Below are positions 11,388 to 22,271 of a DNA stretch of 64,000 nucleotides, piece by piece. The notes beneath the pieces are model-generated. The model ran no database searches. It had not been told where the DNA came from and was given only the letters and a program-made list of their open reading frames with translations. Within the stretch, counting starts at the first letter, position 1. Each line of letters starts with the position of its first letter. Source of the DNA: an uncultured Acidobacteriota bacterium (GTDB lineage: Bacteria > Acidobacteriota > Polarisedimenticolia > Gp22-AA2); the NCBI GenBank assembly GCA_964384905.1, contig CAYLND010000001.1, positions 9,915 through 73,914 of the forward strand, given 5' to 3'. The position numbers and the translations under genes are program-made.

Positions 11388-12052
11388 TCGGCGGCGCCCC
11401 GCGTCGCGAGGAAGCGGTCGATCGCCTCGCCCACCCGGCGGTGCACCGCTTCGATGGAGCCGCGCGCGTCGACGATCACGAAGCGCCCGGGCTCCTGCCG
11501 GGCCATCTCGAGGTAGCCGGCGCGCACCCGCTCGTGGAACGCCAGATCCTCCTGCTCGAAGCGCGTGAGCTGCGTCGCGGCGGCCGACTCGCGGCCACGG
11601 GCGCGCTCGAGGGCGACGCCCGCGTCGATGTCGAACAGAAACGTCAGGTCCGGTCGCAGGGAGAGCGTCTCGAGACCGTGCAGGGCATCGATCAGGTCGT
11701 GGCGGATCCCCCGGCCATAACCCTGGTAGGCCATGGTGGCGTCGAGGAACCGATCGCAGAGGACCAGACGGCCCGCCTCGATGGCCGGGCGGATGACCTG
11801 CTCGATGTGCTGCGCCCGCGCCGCCGCGTACAGGAGCAGCTCGCAGGTCGGGGTCATGGCCGTGTTGCGCGCGTCGAGCACCAGGTTGCGGATCTGGTCG
11901 CCGATCGGCGTGCCCCCCGGCTCTCGCGTCAGCAGGTGATCGATGCCCAGCTCCTCGACGCGGTTGGAGAGCAGCTGGATCTGCGTGGTCTTGCCGGACC
12001 CTTCGATTCCCTCGAAGGTGATGAATCGCTTGACGTGCGCTCTCGGGCTCAT
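11384..12052 (-). CDS. tmk: Thymidylate kinase
   Basis: FITFEGIEGSGKTTQ P-loop and DRF/LID motifs; start at internal Met of the longer ORF. Confidence 0.85.
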   Translation of the reverse strand: MSPRAHVKRFITFEGIEGSGKTTQIQLLSNRVEELGIDHLLTREPGGTPIGDQIRNLVLDARNTAMTPTCELLLYAAARAQHIEQVIRPAIEAGRLVLCDRFLDATMAYQGYGRGIRHDLIDALHGLETLSLRPDLTFLFDIDAGVALERARGRESAAATQLTRFEQEDLAFHERVRAGYLEMARQEPGRFVIVDARGSIEAVHRRVGEAIDRFLATRGAAE

Positions 12053-12164
12053 CGATTCCGGGATCGGTGCGGTCCGTCGGTGCGGCCGCGGCACCGGGAA
12101 GGCGTCGCATCTTAGCACACTCGGCGATCGACCCGGCGCTATGGCGCCTGGGCACGAGCGCGAT

Positions 12165-13112
12165 TCACGAGCCCGCGTCGCGCGGGATCCGGGCGGCGAA
12201 GTAGTCCCGGGCCCTGCGGACGTCGCGCCGCACCTGATCCACCAGCGCGGCCGGCGATTCGAACTTGAGCTCCGGACGGAGTCGCGCCAGGAGCCGCACC
12301 TGGAGCGGGCGCTCGTACAGGTCGCCCGGGTTGTCGAGAATGTGCGTCTCGATCGCGTACCGGGCCCCCTCGAAGGTGGGACGCGATCCGATGTTGGTGA
12401 CCGCCGGGCGCGGCGTGTCATCGGTCACCGCTTCGCTGACGTACACGCCGTCCTGCGGCACCAGCTCGTTCTCGGTCGCCAGGTTCGCCGTCGGGAAGCC
12501 CAGGGCCGCGCCGCGCGACTCGCCGTGGATCACGGTCCCCTCGATCATGTAGGGCCGGCCCAGGAGCTCGCGCGCCAGCTCGACCTCTCCCGCCTGGAGA
12601 GCCCGGCGGATGCGGCTGCTGCTGATCGGACTGTTGAGATAGAGCACCTCACCCACCTGCGCGGCGCGAATGCCGAGCTCCCCGCACAGTCGGATGAGCA
12701 GGTCCGCGTTGCCCTCCCGTCCACGCCCGAAGTTGAAGTTCGCGCCGACGTAGACCTCGCTCGCCCCCAGGCCCTCGGCCAGATGCTCCCGGACGAAGCG
12801 CTCCGCGGCCACCTCGGCGAGCTCCATGGTGAACGGGAGGATCAGGAGATATTCGAGCCCCGCCGCCTCGATCAGAGTCAGCTTCTGCTTGCGCGTGGTG
12901 AGCATGCTCGGCGCGCGCTCCGGCGCCAGCACCTTGAGCGGGTGGGGATCGAAGGTGATCATCAGGCTGCTGCCGCCGGTCTCGCGGGCGCGCTCCAGCA
13001 CCGTGCGCACGATCGCCTGGTGGCCCCGGTGCAGCCCGTCGAAATTTCCGACCGTGACGACCGGCGCCCGCAGATGAGCGCGCAGCGTGGCCACGTCGTC
13101 GAAGACCTTCAT
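12165..13112 (-). CDS. ribF: Bifunctional riboflavin kinase / FMN adenylyltransferase
   Basis: GNFDGLHRGH FMNAT motif and C-terminal riboflavin kinase PTAN motif. Confidence 0.85.
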   Translation of the reverse strand: MKVFDDVATLRAHLRAPVVTVGNFDGLHRGHQAIVRTVLERARETGGSSLMITFDPHPLKVLAPERAPSMLTTRKQKLTLIEAAGLEYLLILPFTMELAEVAAERFVREHLAEGLGASEVYVGANFNFGRGREGNADLLIRLCGELGIRAAQVGEVLYLNSPISSSRIRRALQAGEVELARELLGRPYMIEGTVIHGESRGAALGFPTANLATENELVPQDGVYVSEAVTDDTPRPAVTNIGSRPTFEGARYAIETHILDNPGDLYERPLQVRLLARLRPELKFESPAALVDQVRRDVRRARDYFAARIPRDAGS

Positions 13113-13133
13113 GCAAGGCTCCCGGGGACGCCG

Positions 13134-13624
13134 TCAGTTCAGGCGCGAGGACACGGCTCCGAGGAATCGAAGGGCCAGATTGGCGTACACGCCGGCGATC
13201 AGATCGTCCGTCATGATCCCCCAGCCGCCGGGAAGCCGCTCGGCCCAGCGGGCCGGCTGCGGCTTGAGCACGTCCATGACCCGGAACAGGAAAAAGCCGA
13301 GAGCGACGACCCTCCACGCGTGCGCCCACAACGTCGCCGGCAGGAACAGGAGTGTCACGAAGTAGCCGGCCACCTCGTCGATCACGACGACACCCGGGTC
13401 GCGCAGCCCGAGGACATGCGCCGTCACGCCCGACGCCCAGAGGCCGATCAGGGAAATGCCGGCGGTCACCGCGAGGAAGCCCCAGTCGGGAAGAGCGTGC
13501 CGCGCCCAGAGCGCCAGAGGCACCGCCACCAGGGTGCCGGCCGTTCCCGGAGCGAAAGGCGCGCGACCGGAGCCGAACACCGTGGCCACGACGATCGCGC
13601 AGGTCGTCCGGGGATCCCGGCGCG

Positions 13625-13628
<4 letters not shown>
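13134..13628 (-). CDS. pgpA: Phosphatidylglycerophosphatase A
   Basis: 164-aa membrane protein with FGSG.APFAPGT.GT PgpA signature. Confidence 0.7.
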
Positions 13629-14983
<1,355 letters not shown>

Positions 14984-14996
14984 CGCGCGGGGCCCC

Positions 14997-16319
14997 TCAT
15001 GGATAGAGCCGGTTGAGCGTGCGTGGGTAGGGGATCGCTTCGCGGAGATGATGGATACCGGCGACCCAGGCGACGAACCGCTCGATCCCCATGCCGAACC
15101 CGGCGTGCGGCACCGAGCCGTACTTGCGGACGTCGAGGTACCAGCGGAACGCCTCCACGGGAAGCTTGTGCTCCTCGATGCGCCGCAGCAGGAGATCGTG
15201 GTCGTGGATGCGCTGGCTGCCGCCGATGATCTCGCCGTACCCCTCGGGCGCCAGGACGTCGACGCACAGGGCCCGGTCCGGCGCCTGCGGGTCGGGTTGC
15301 ATGTAGAACGCCTTGATCGCCGCCGGATAGTGGGTGATCATCACCGGCCGCTCGAGCGCCTCGGTCAGCACGGTCTCGTCGAACCCTCCGAAGTCGCCGC
15401 CCGGCTCGAACGGCGGCGCGTCCTGCTGACGCGCCCGCGCCCGCACGTCGTCCCGCATCAGGACGGCGGCGGCCTCGTCGTACGTCATGCGCGGGAACGG
15501 CCGGCGGATGGCCTCCAATCGGGTGACGTCCCGCTCGAGCGTCGTGAGCTCCGCGCGGCAGCGCTCGAGCGTCCGGGCGACCAGCGTCACGATGAAGTCC
15601 TCGGCCAGATCGAGAATCTCGGGCAGACCCGCGTAGGCGACCTCGGGCTCCACCATCCAGAACTCCGTGAGATGGCGGCGCGTCTTGGACTTCTCCGCCC
15701 GAAAGGTCGGCCCGAAGCAGTACACCTTGCCGAAGGCCAGGCAGGCGGGCTCGAGGTAAAGCTGACCCGACTGGCTGAGATAGGCCTTCGTCTCGAAATA
15801 GTCGGTCTCGAACAGCGTCGAGGTGCCCTCGCAGGCCGCGGGGGTCAGGATCGGCGAGTCGATCAGCACGAAATCGCGCTCATAGAAGAAGTCGCGAATG
15901 GCCTGACTGATCTCGCTGCGGATGCGCAGGAGAGCGTGCTGTTTCGACGAGCGCAGCCACAGGTGGCGGTGATCCAGAAGGAAGTCGGGCCCATGCTCCT
16001 TCGGACTGATCGGGTAATCCTGGGCCTGCTGGTGCACGGTGATCGAGGCCAGCTTCATCTCGTAGCCCCCGGGCGCCCGGTCGTCCTTGCGGATCGTGCC
16101 CTCGACCTCCAGCGACGACTCCTGGGTGACCTTCTGGCAGGCCTCGAACACGGCGGCGGACACCTCCGGCTGGAACGCCACGGCCTGCAGGTAGCCGGTG
16201 CCGTCGCGCACGATCAGGAACGCCAGCTTCCCCTTTTCGCGCTTGTTGTAGAGCCAGCCGCGGACCCGGACGTCCTGACCCTCGTGCGCGCCGATCCTCT
16301 TGATGGTGGTCGTCTGCAC
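14997..16319 (-). CDS. asnS: Asparagine--tRNA ligase (class IIb aaRS; AspRS-type not fully excluded)
   Basis: OB-fold N-terminus and class II motifs 1-3 ([17 protein letters not shown]). Confidence 0.8.
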   Translation of the reverse strand: MQTTTIKRIGAHEGQDVRVRGWLYNKREKGKLAFLIVRDGTGYLQAVAFQPEVSAAVFEACQKVTQESSLEVEGTIRKDDRAPGGYEMKLASITVHQQAQDYPISPKEHGPDFLLDHRHLWLRSSKQHALLRIRSEISQAIRDFFYERDFVLIDSPILTPAACEGTSTLFETDYFETKAYLSQSGQLYLEPACLAFGKVYCFGPTFRAEKSKTRRHLTEFWMVEPEVAYAGLPEILDLAEDFIVTLVARTLERCRAELTTLERDVTRLEAIRRPFPRMTYDEAAAVLMRDDVRARARQQDAPPFEPGGDFGGFDETVLTEALERPVMITHYPAAIKAFYMQPDPQAPDRALCVDVLAPEGYGEIIGGSQRIHDHDLLLRRIEEHKLPVEAFRWYLDVRKYGSVPHAGFGMGIERFVAWVAGIHHLREAIPYPRTLNRLYP

Positions 16320-16479
16320 CCTCTCTCCGCAAGAAGGCGGAATTATAGGAGGCGCCCGAGATCGCGGTCAAGAAACGCTCCGGGCGGGATCGAACGCGGA
16401 CGCGCGGCGGCCCGATGATATAAGGGACCGTCGGCGGGGCCTCGCGCGCAGCGCCGGCGCCCCGAGCGGAGGTGGTCCG

Positions 16480-17409
16480 TTGCCGTCGTCCGTGGGTGGG
16501 GCGCGCGACCGTCCGGTCGAGGCAGGATCGGCGGCCGTCGTCGTGCGCCTCTGCCGTCCGCAGGATCGGAGCGCCCTGCTCCGTCTCGGGCACCCGCCCG
16601 TGGTCGCCCGCATCCTCTGTCCCGCGGCAGGACGCGACCTGCTCTGGCGCCTCCGGGGCACCCGCTCGGTCTCCGTGGTGGCGGAGGAGACGGCGACCGG
16701 GCTGCTCGTCGGCTCCGTGCAGTTCATCCAGACGGCGCGCCGGCCAGGGACCTGGATGTTCGGGCACTGGCGCGTCGCCGCCGGCAGGCGCCGGCAGGGC
16801 CTCGGCCGCCGGCTGCTTCACGAGGGCGCGCTCCTCCTGCCGGCCGCGCGCCGCCTGTACTCGTATGTGGACTGGGGAAACGAGCAATCCATGGCGGCCC
16901 ACGAGCGCTGCGGCTTCGAGCCCGGCCGCTCGCTGTTCGGGAGTGCCCCGCTCGGGCTGCTCTCGACCATCGGACCGGCGACACCGGCGCTGCGTCTCGA
17001 GCCGGCCGGCCGGCGGGATTGGTCGTCGCTGTTCGGCCTCTACGCGCGCGCCATGGGGATCCTGTGGCTGCGTCTCGCTCCGGGGCTTGGTCCGGGGAAT
17101 TTTCTCGGCGGCGCGCTCGCCGGGATCCGGGTCGCCCTGGTCGCCGTCGTGCGCGGCCCGGGCCGGGATGCCCGGGCCTCCGGCTTCGTTCTGTGGGAGG
17201 GTCGGCGCGTCACGTTCTTCGCCGAGCCGGACGTCTGCGACACCGCCCTGCTCGCGCGCGTGGCGCTGCAGATCATCGCCCTCGGGGGTCGGCGGGATTC
17301 GACGCTCGAGGTGCGCGGCCTGCCGGCCGCGCTCCTGGAGAAACCGGGGCCGATCGCCGCGCAGATTCTGATGGGGATGCCGGACGTCCGCACGCAGTGG
17401 ACGGTCTGA
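16480..17409 (+). CDS. GNAT-family acetyltransferase with ~150-aa C-terminal extension of unknown function (TTG start with GGAGG RBS)
   Basis: RRRQGLGRRLL acetyl-CoA motif; start inferred from RBS GGAGGTGG 7 nt upstream of TTG. Confidence 0.45.
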   Translation: MPSSVGGARDRPVEAGSAAVVVRLCRPQDRSALLRLGHPPVVARILCPAAGRDLLWRLRGTRSVSVVAEETATGLLVGSVQFIQTARRPGTWMFGHWRVAAGRRRQGLGRRLLHEGALLLPAARRLYSYVDWGNEQSMAAHERCGFEPGRSLFGSAPLGLLSTIGPATPALRLEPAGRRDWSSLFGLYARAMGILWLRLAPGLGPGNFLGGALAGIRVALVAVVRGPGRDARASGFVLWEGRRVTFFAEPDVCDTALLARVALQIIALGGRRDSTLEVRGLPAALLEKPGPIAAQILMGMPDVRTQWTV

Positions 17410-17429
17410 GCGGGCGCGCGCGCGCCGCC

Positions 17430-19532
17430 TCAATGGGAGGCGGCGGCCGTTCCTTCCTTGGCGGCCTTGTGGGCCGCGACGATCTTCGCCTGCAAGTGGG
17501 AGGGAACCTCCTCGTAGTGCGCGAACGACATCCGGTACGATCCGCGGCCGCCCGTGATCGACTTGAGCGTCGACGCGTAGGTCAGCATCTCGACCATCGG
17601 GACCTGGGCCTTGATCGCCTGCATCGAGCCCTGGGCGTTCATCCCCTGGACCCGGCCGCGCCGGGAGTTCAGATCCCCCATCAGGTCGCCCATGTACTGC
17701 TCGGGGGCGGCGATCTCCACGTTCATGATCGGCTCGAGGAGGGTGGCTCCGGCCTCCTCCATCGCCTTCTTGAAGGCCAGCGAGCCCGCGATCTTGAAGG
17801 CGATGTCCGAGGAGTCGACCGTGTGATACGAGCCGTCGAACAGGATGACGCGGAAATCGACCACGGGATACCCCGCGAGGAAGCCCTGCATCCGGGCGTC
17901 CTGAATGCCCTTCTCCACCGAGGGTATGAAGTTCTTGGGGATGGAGCCGCCGAAGATCTCGTCCTTGAATTCGAATCCCGCGCCGCGCGACAGCGGCTCG
18001 AGCTTGATCCAGCAGTCGCCGAACTGACCGTGGCCGCCGGTCTGCTTCTTATGCCGTCCCTGGGCCTCCGCCTTCTTCTTGATGGTCTCGAAGTAGGGCA
18101 CCTTGGGGGCGTGCAGGATCGCCTCGACGCCGAACTTCTTTTTCATGCGTGCCAGGGCGACCTCGACGTGCAGATCGCTGTTGCCGGCGATGATCAGCTC
18201 GTGCGTCTGGGCGTCGCGGCGGAACTGGATGGTGGGGTCCTCCTCGACCAGACGGTGCAGGACCTGGGAGATCTTCTCCTCGTCGGCCCGCGACTTGGGC
18301 TGCAGGGCGAAGGCGATCGAGGGCTCCGGAAACTCGACCTTCGGGTAGAGGATCGGGTGGGCCTTGTCGGCGAGCGTATCGCCCGTGCTGGTCTCCTTGA
18401 GCTTCGGCACCGCGGCGATGTCACCGCTGCGGACCTCCGGCACCGGCTCCGACTCCTTCCCCTGCAGGGAGAGGATGGCCCCCAGACGCTCCTGCGCGTC
18501 GCGGCTGGCGTTGTAAACGGTCGTGTCCGATTTGATGGAGCCGGAGTAGACGCGGAACAGGGAGATCTTGCCGGAGTAAGGGTCGGCGATCGTCTTGAAG
18601 ACGAACGCCGAATAGGGCTCGCCGGGCGTTCCCAGACGCTCCACCGGCGCGCGGTCCTTGGGGTTCTCGCCCTTGAAGGGGGAGCGCTCGCCCGGATGGG
18701 GCAGGAGCGCGATCAGAACATCGAGGATCGGGTGCGCCCCGATGTTTCCCAGGGCGGAGGCGCACAGGATCGGGAAGATCGTCCGCGCCTTGACTCCCTT
18801 GGACAGACCCGCCGCCAGCTCCTCCTGCGACAGGGCGCCCTTCTCGAAGAAGGTCTCCATCAGGGAGTCGTCCACCTCGGCCACCACCTCCACGAGCTTG
18901 TCGCGCGCCTCCTTCGTCGCGGCCGTGAGCTCGGAGGGAATCTCCGTCACCTTGTTGCGGCCGCTCTCGTCCTTCTCGTACACGTACGCCTTGTTCGCGA
19001 TGAGATCGACCACGCCCGAGAACGCCTTCTCCGCCCCGATCGGAATCTGCACCGGGACCGCCTGCCGCCCGAAGGCCTTGGTGATCGAGTCGACGGCCCG
19101 CGCGAACGAGGCGTTCTCGCGATCCAGCTTGTTGACGACGAACAGCCGCGGCAGGTCGAAACCGGCGGCGTATCCCCAGGCCTCTTCGGTCTGCACCTCG
19201 ACGCCCGCCACGCCGTCGATGACCAGGAGGGCCCCGTCCACGACACGCAGGACCGCCTTGGCGTCGGCGATGAACGCGCCGTAGCCCGGGGTGTCCAGGA
19301 CGTTCAGCTTGACCTTCTTCCACTCCAGATGACACAGGGCGGAGGAGATGGAGACTTTGCGGGCGATCTCCTCCTCGTCGAAGTCGGAGACCGTGTTGCC
19401 CTGGTCGACGCGACCCAGGCGGTTGACAGTGCCGGAGGAGAACAGGAGAGATGATGTGAGGGAGGTCTTGCCGGAGGAGCCGTGACCGATGATCCCGACG
19501 TTGCGGATCTCGGACATCTCAAAGACCTTCAT
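17430..19532 (-). CDS. Elongation factor G paralog (EF-G-like translational GTPase, divergent G motifs)
   Basis: Five-domain EF-G architecture; G1 GHGSSGKT, G3 DTPGYGAF (no catalytic His), G4 NKLD, G5 SAL. Confidence 0.8.
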   Translation of the reverse strand: MKVFEMSEIRNVGIIGHGSSGKTSLTSSLLFSSGTVNRLGRVDQGNTVSDFDEEEIARKVSISSALCHLEWKKVKLNVLDTPGYGAFIADAKAVLRVVDGALLVIDGVAGVEVQTEEAWGYAAGFDLPRLFVVNKLDRENASFARAVDSITKAFGRQAVPVQIPIGAEKAFSGVVDLIANKAYVYEKDESGRNKVTEIPSELTAATKEARDKLVEVVAEVDDSLMETFFEKGALSQEELAAGLSKGVKARTIFPILCASALGNIGAHPILDVLIALLPHPGERSPFKGENPKDRAPVERLGTPGEPYSAFVFKTIADPYSGKISLFRVYSGSIKSDTTVYNASRDAQERLGAILSLQGKESEPVPEVRSGDIAAVPKLKETSTGDTLADKAHPILYPKVEFPEPSIAFALQPKSRADEEKISQVLHRLVEEDPTIQFRRDAQTHELIIAGNSDLHVEVALARMKKKFGVEAILHAPKVPYFETIKKKAEAQGRHKKQTGGHGQFGDCWIKLEPLSRGAGFEFKDEIFGGSIPKNFIPSVEKGIQDARMQGFLAGYPVVDFRVILFDGSYHTVDSSDIAFKIAGSLAFKKAMEEAGATLLEPIMNVEIAAPEQYMGDLMGDLNSRRGRVQGMNAQGSMQAIKAQVPMVEMLTYASTLKSITGGRGSYRMSFAHYEEVPSHLQAKIVAAHKAAKEGTAAASH

Positions 19533-19559
19533 GCGAGGGTTCCCTCACCCCCGCGCACG

Positions 19560-20129
19560 TCACTTCCCGGACTTCACCTCGTCGTAGACCTTCTGCACCA
19601 CGGACTTCACGACGGGGCAGCGCGGATCGTTGACGTAGCAGCGGGCCAGCGTATCGTTCTTGCAGCCGCAGGAGCACATCTCGCTGTTCACGCGCTGGAG
19701 AAATTTCTCCTTCCGCCCGGGCTTCAGCCCCGCGACGTCGATGCCCGGCAGCTCGGTGAAATAGTTGGCGACCGCGACGATCGGAATCGTGTTGGTCGCG
19801 GCCGGAACCCCTTTGACGGCGCCGGTGGCGTTCTCCGGCTGCAGCTCCGGCGCGTCGAGTGGAGTGTTGTCGGTGTCGGCCGCAGGATTGGCCTTCGCCT
19901 CCTGCGCCGCGGGGGGGGCCGGCGTGGCCTGAGCGTCCGGGGCTTTGGCCGGAGTCGAGCCGGCTTCGGGGCCGCCCGACCGGGAGCAGGCGACCGGGAG
20001 GAACAGCAGAGCAAGCAGCGCTGCCAGGAGCGTCGTACGTCCGCGGGCGACCGGCACTGGATCTCTCCTTCCAAGCCTGGAATGCTTGACAGAGTGCGGG
20101 AGTGTACCGCCGGGCAGGGGCCAAGTCAA
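19560..20129 (-). CDS. Predicted secreted/lipoprotein with Pro/Ala-rich linker and C-terminal Cys-rich motif (CSCGC...C...C)
   Basis: Basic n-region + hydrophobic stretch ending ...PVAC; five Cys within the last 45 residues; immediately upstream of the EF-G paralog. Confidence 0.4.
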   Translation of the reverse strand: MTWPLPGGTLPHSVKHSRLGRRDPVPVARGRTTLLAALLALLFLPVACSRSGGPEAGSTPAKAPDAQATPAPPAAQEAKANPAADTDNTPLDAPELQPENATGAVKGVPAATNTIPIVAVANYFTELPGIDVAGLKPGRKEKFLQRVNSEMCSCGCKNDTLARCYVNDPRCPVVKSVVQKVYDEVKSGK

Positions 20130-20142
20130 GAAACCGCGGGCC

Positions 20143-20148
20143 TATAAT
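20143..20148 (+). promoter_or_regulatory. Candidate sigma70 -10 element (TATAAT) 51 nt upstream of the 20199 ORF
   Basis: Perfect TATAAT in a divergent intergenic region; -35 is weak (GCCAAG at 17-nt spacing). Confidence 0.3.
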
Positions 20149-20198
20149 GAGCCACGCGCGGCCGGACCTGTGGCCGTGCGGCCGGAGACCGCCACCGC

Positions 20199-21287
20199 GT
20201 GTCCACGCCAGCCGAATCGCCGGACGATCCCCGGCTCGCCGCCGGGATCCTGGGTCTCTTCCAGGGCGAGGCTCCGCGGATCGTCGCGGCCCCCCGGATT
20301 CTGGACGCCTGCCTCGATCGCTACGAGTGCGGAGGTTATCTCCACGCGTCCTGGACGCGGGCCGGCCGTCTCGGCGTCCTGCCGCCCGCCTGGACCCAGG
20401 CGCTGGCCCGGGCCCGTCACAAAACCACGGTCGACACTCTGGCGGCGCTCGCGGAATTCAGGCGGCTGGCCGCCCACCTCCTCGCGGAGCAGGCGCGCTT
20501 CGTCCTGCTCAAGGGGATGGCGTACCTTCTCGATCTCTACCCCGATCCGGGGGAGCGACGGCTGACCGATATCGATCTTCTGATCCGTCCGCAGGACGCG
20601 GGCCGGATCGCCCGGCGTCTGGAGCGCTCCGGTTTCCGAGGGGAGACCGACGGCCACTTCCCCGACAACCGGCGCTTCGAGATGTGGCTGCCGGGACCCT
20701 CCCCCTGCCGCTTCGAGTTCCATTGGTCGCTCGGGCTCCCGCATCGGGCGCGCGTCGACCAGGAGGAGGTCTGGGAGCGTGCCTGCGCGGCGGTCCTGGA
20801 AGAGATCCCCTGCCGCCGCCTGGCCATCGAAGACGCCATCCTTTATCACGCCATGCACGCCGCCGATCATTATTTCGGGCCGTCCCTCAAGTGGGCCATC
20901 GATCTCAGGGAGATGCTCCGCCGGTGGCGACCGGATCGGGACGCTCTCCTGGAGCGCGCGGCCCGTTGGCGCTGTCGCGCTGCGCTCCATCTCGCTCTGC
21001 GGCACGTCGCCAAGGTCTTCCCCGGGGATGTTCCGGACGACCTGATGCGGCGCACCGCACCGGGGCGGCTGCGCGCCGCTCTGCAGCGCCGCTATCTGGC
21101 CCGTGATCCGCTGTCCCTGCTGCGGGTGAGAGGAGACTCGTTCTGGAGATACCCCCTGCGCTGCCTGATGCTGGACCGCGCCGCGGACGCCGTGCGGTTG
21201 ACTCTCGAGGTCCTCGCTCGCCCGGTGACCCGGCCGCTCGCCCGTCTACGAGGCGCGGCGGTGCCGCCGTGGCGGTGGCGTGATTGA
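20199..21287 (+). CDS. Nucleotidyltransferase-family protein (uncharacterised NTP_transf_5-like)
   Basis: GS..D.D-type motif (RLTDIDLLIRPQD) and helical C-terminal domain typical of this family. Confidence 0.4.
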   Translation: MSTPAESPDDPRLAAGILGLFQGEAPRIVAAPRILDACLDRYECGGYLHASWTRAGRLGVLPPAWTQALARARHKTTVDTLAALAEFRRLAAHLLAEQARFVLLKGMAYLLDLYPDPGERRLTDIDLLIRPQDAGRIARRLERSGFRGETDGHFPDNRRFEMWLPGPSPCRFEFHWSLGLPHRARVDQEEVWERACAAVLEEIPCRRLAIEDAILYHAMHAADHYFGPSLKWAIDLREMLRRWRPDRDALLERAARWRCRAALHLALRHVAKVFPGDVPDDLMRRTAPGRLRAALQRRYLARDPLSLLRVRGDSFWRYPLRCLMLDRAADAVRLTLEVLARPVTRPLARLRGAAVPPWRWRD

Positions 21288-21383
21288 CCCTCCCGATCCG
21301 CGGGTGGTAACCTACGATGCGTGCCACACGTCCGGACGCGCAAGGTTTCCTGGACCATCCCGAGACGCCCAATCGGCGCCCAT

Positions 21384-22271
21384 ATGTCGATTGCCGGGGG
21401 CGTCGACCTGGCGATCGAGCGCGGCGCCTCGATCGGCTGCACCGCGATCCAGATGTTCACCAAGAGCAGCAACCAGTGGGCAGCCCGGACGCTTCCCGAC
21501 GAGGAGGTCGCCCGTTTCCGGGCGGCGCGGGCGGCGAGCGGCGTCGCGTCGGTCGTGGCGCACGACTCCTATCTGATCAATCTCTGCTCTCCCGACGATC
21601 GTCTCTGGGAAAAATCGATCGACGCGTGCCATCTCGAGCTGCAGCGCTGTGAGCGGCTCGGCGTGGAGACGCTGGTGGTCCATCCCGGCGGCCACATGGG
21701 ACAGGGGGAGGAGTTCGCCATGCGCCGTCTGGCGGACGCGATCGACGTCCTGCACGACCGGCGGCCCGCGGGCGGCGCGTCGATCGCCCTGGAGACGATG
21801 GCGGGGCAGGGGACCGTGATCGGTCATCGCTTCGCCCAGCTGGCCGGGGTGATCGGCCTGACCAGGGATCCCGATCGCGTCGGCGTCTGTCTCGACACGT
21901 GTCACGTGTTCGCGGCGGGCTACGATCTGAGGACGAGGGCCGCGTACCAGGAGACGATGCGCCGCTTCGAGGGCACGATCGGGCTGGCCCGCCTGCGCGC
22001 CGTGCACGTCAACGATTCCAAGCGTGAGCTGGGGAGCCGCGTCGACCGCCACGAGCATGTGGGGAAGGGTCATCTCGGGCTCGAAGCGTTCCGCCTGCTG
22101 ATGACCGATCCGCGGCTCGAGGGCCTGCCTCTGATCCTGGAGACCCCGAAGGACGAGAAGACCCTGCGGGAGGACGTGGCGAACCTGGACACCCTCATCG
22201 CTCTGGCCTCGACCGCGAAGGGGCGTCGGGTCGCGCCGGCGGCCAGGTTGACGGCCGGGGGCGCCGCATGA
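21384..22271 (+). CDS. nfo: Endonuclease IV (AP endonuclease, TIM-barrel, Zn-binding H/D/E residues)
   Basis: MSIAGG start, HDSYLINL, HPG, CLDTCH, HVNDS motifs. Confidence 0.85.
   Translation: MSIAGGVDLAIERGASIGCTAIQMFTKSSNQWAARTLPDEEVARFRAARAASGVASVVAHDSYLINLCSPDDRLWEKSIDACHLELQRCERLGVETLVVHPGGHMGQGEEFAMRRLADAIDVLHDRRPAGGASIALETMAGQGTVIGHRFAQLAGVIGLTRDPDRVGVCLDTCHVFAAGYDLRTRAAYQETMRRFEGTIGLARLRAVHVNDSKRELGSRVDRHEHVGKGHLGLEAFRLLMTDPRLEGLPLILETPKDEKTLREDVANLDTLIALASTAKGRRVAPAARLTAGGAA

Noticed and set aside
10254-12155. 633-aa ORF spanning holB and tmk
   Set aside because: Only the C-terminal 377 aa match HolB. The N-terminal part is an out-of-frame read through tmk, and the true holB start is the GTG overlapping the tmk stop.
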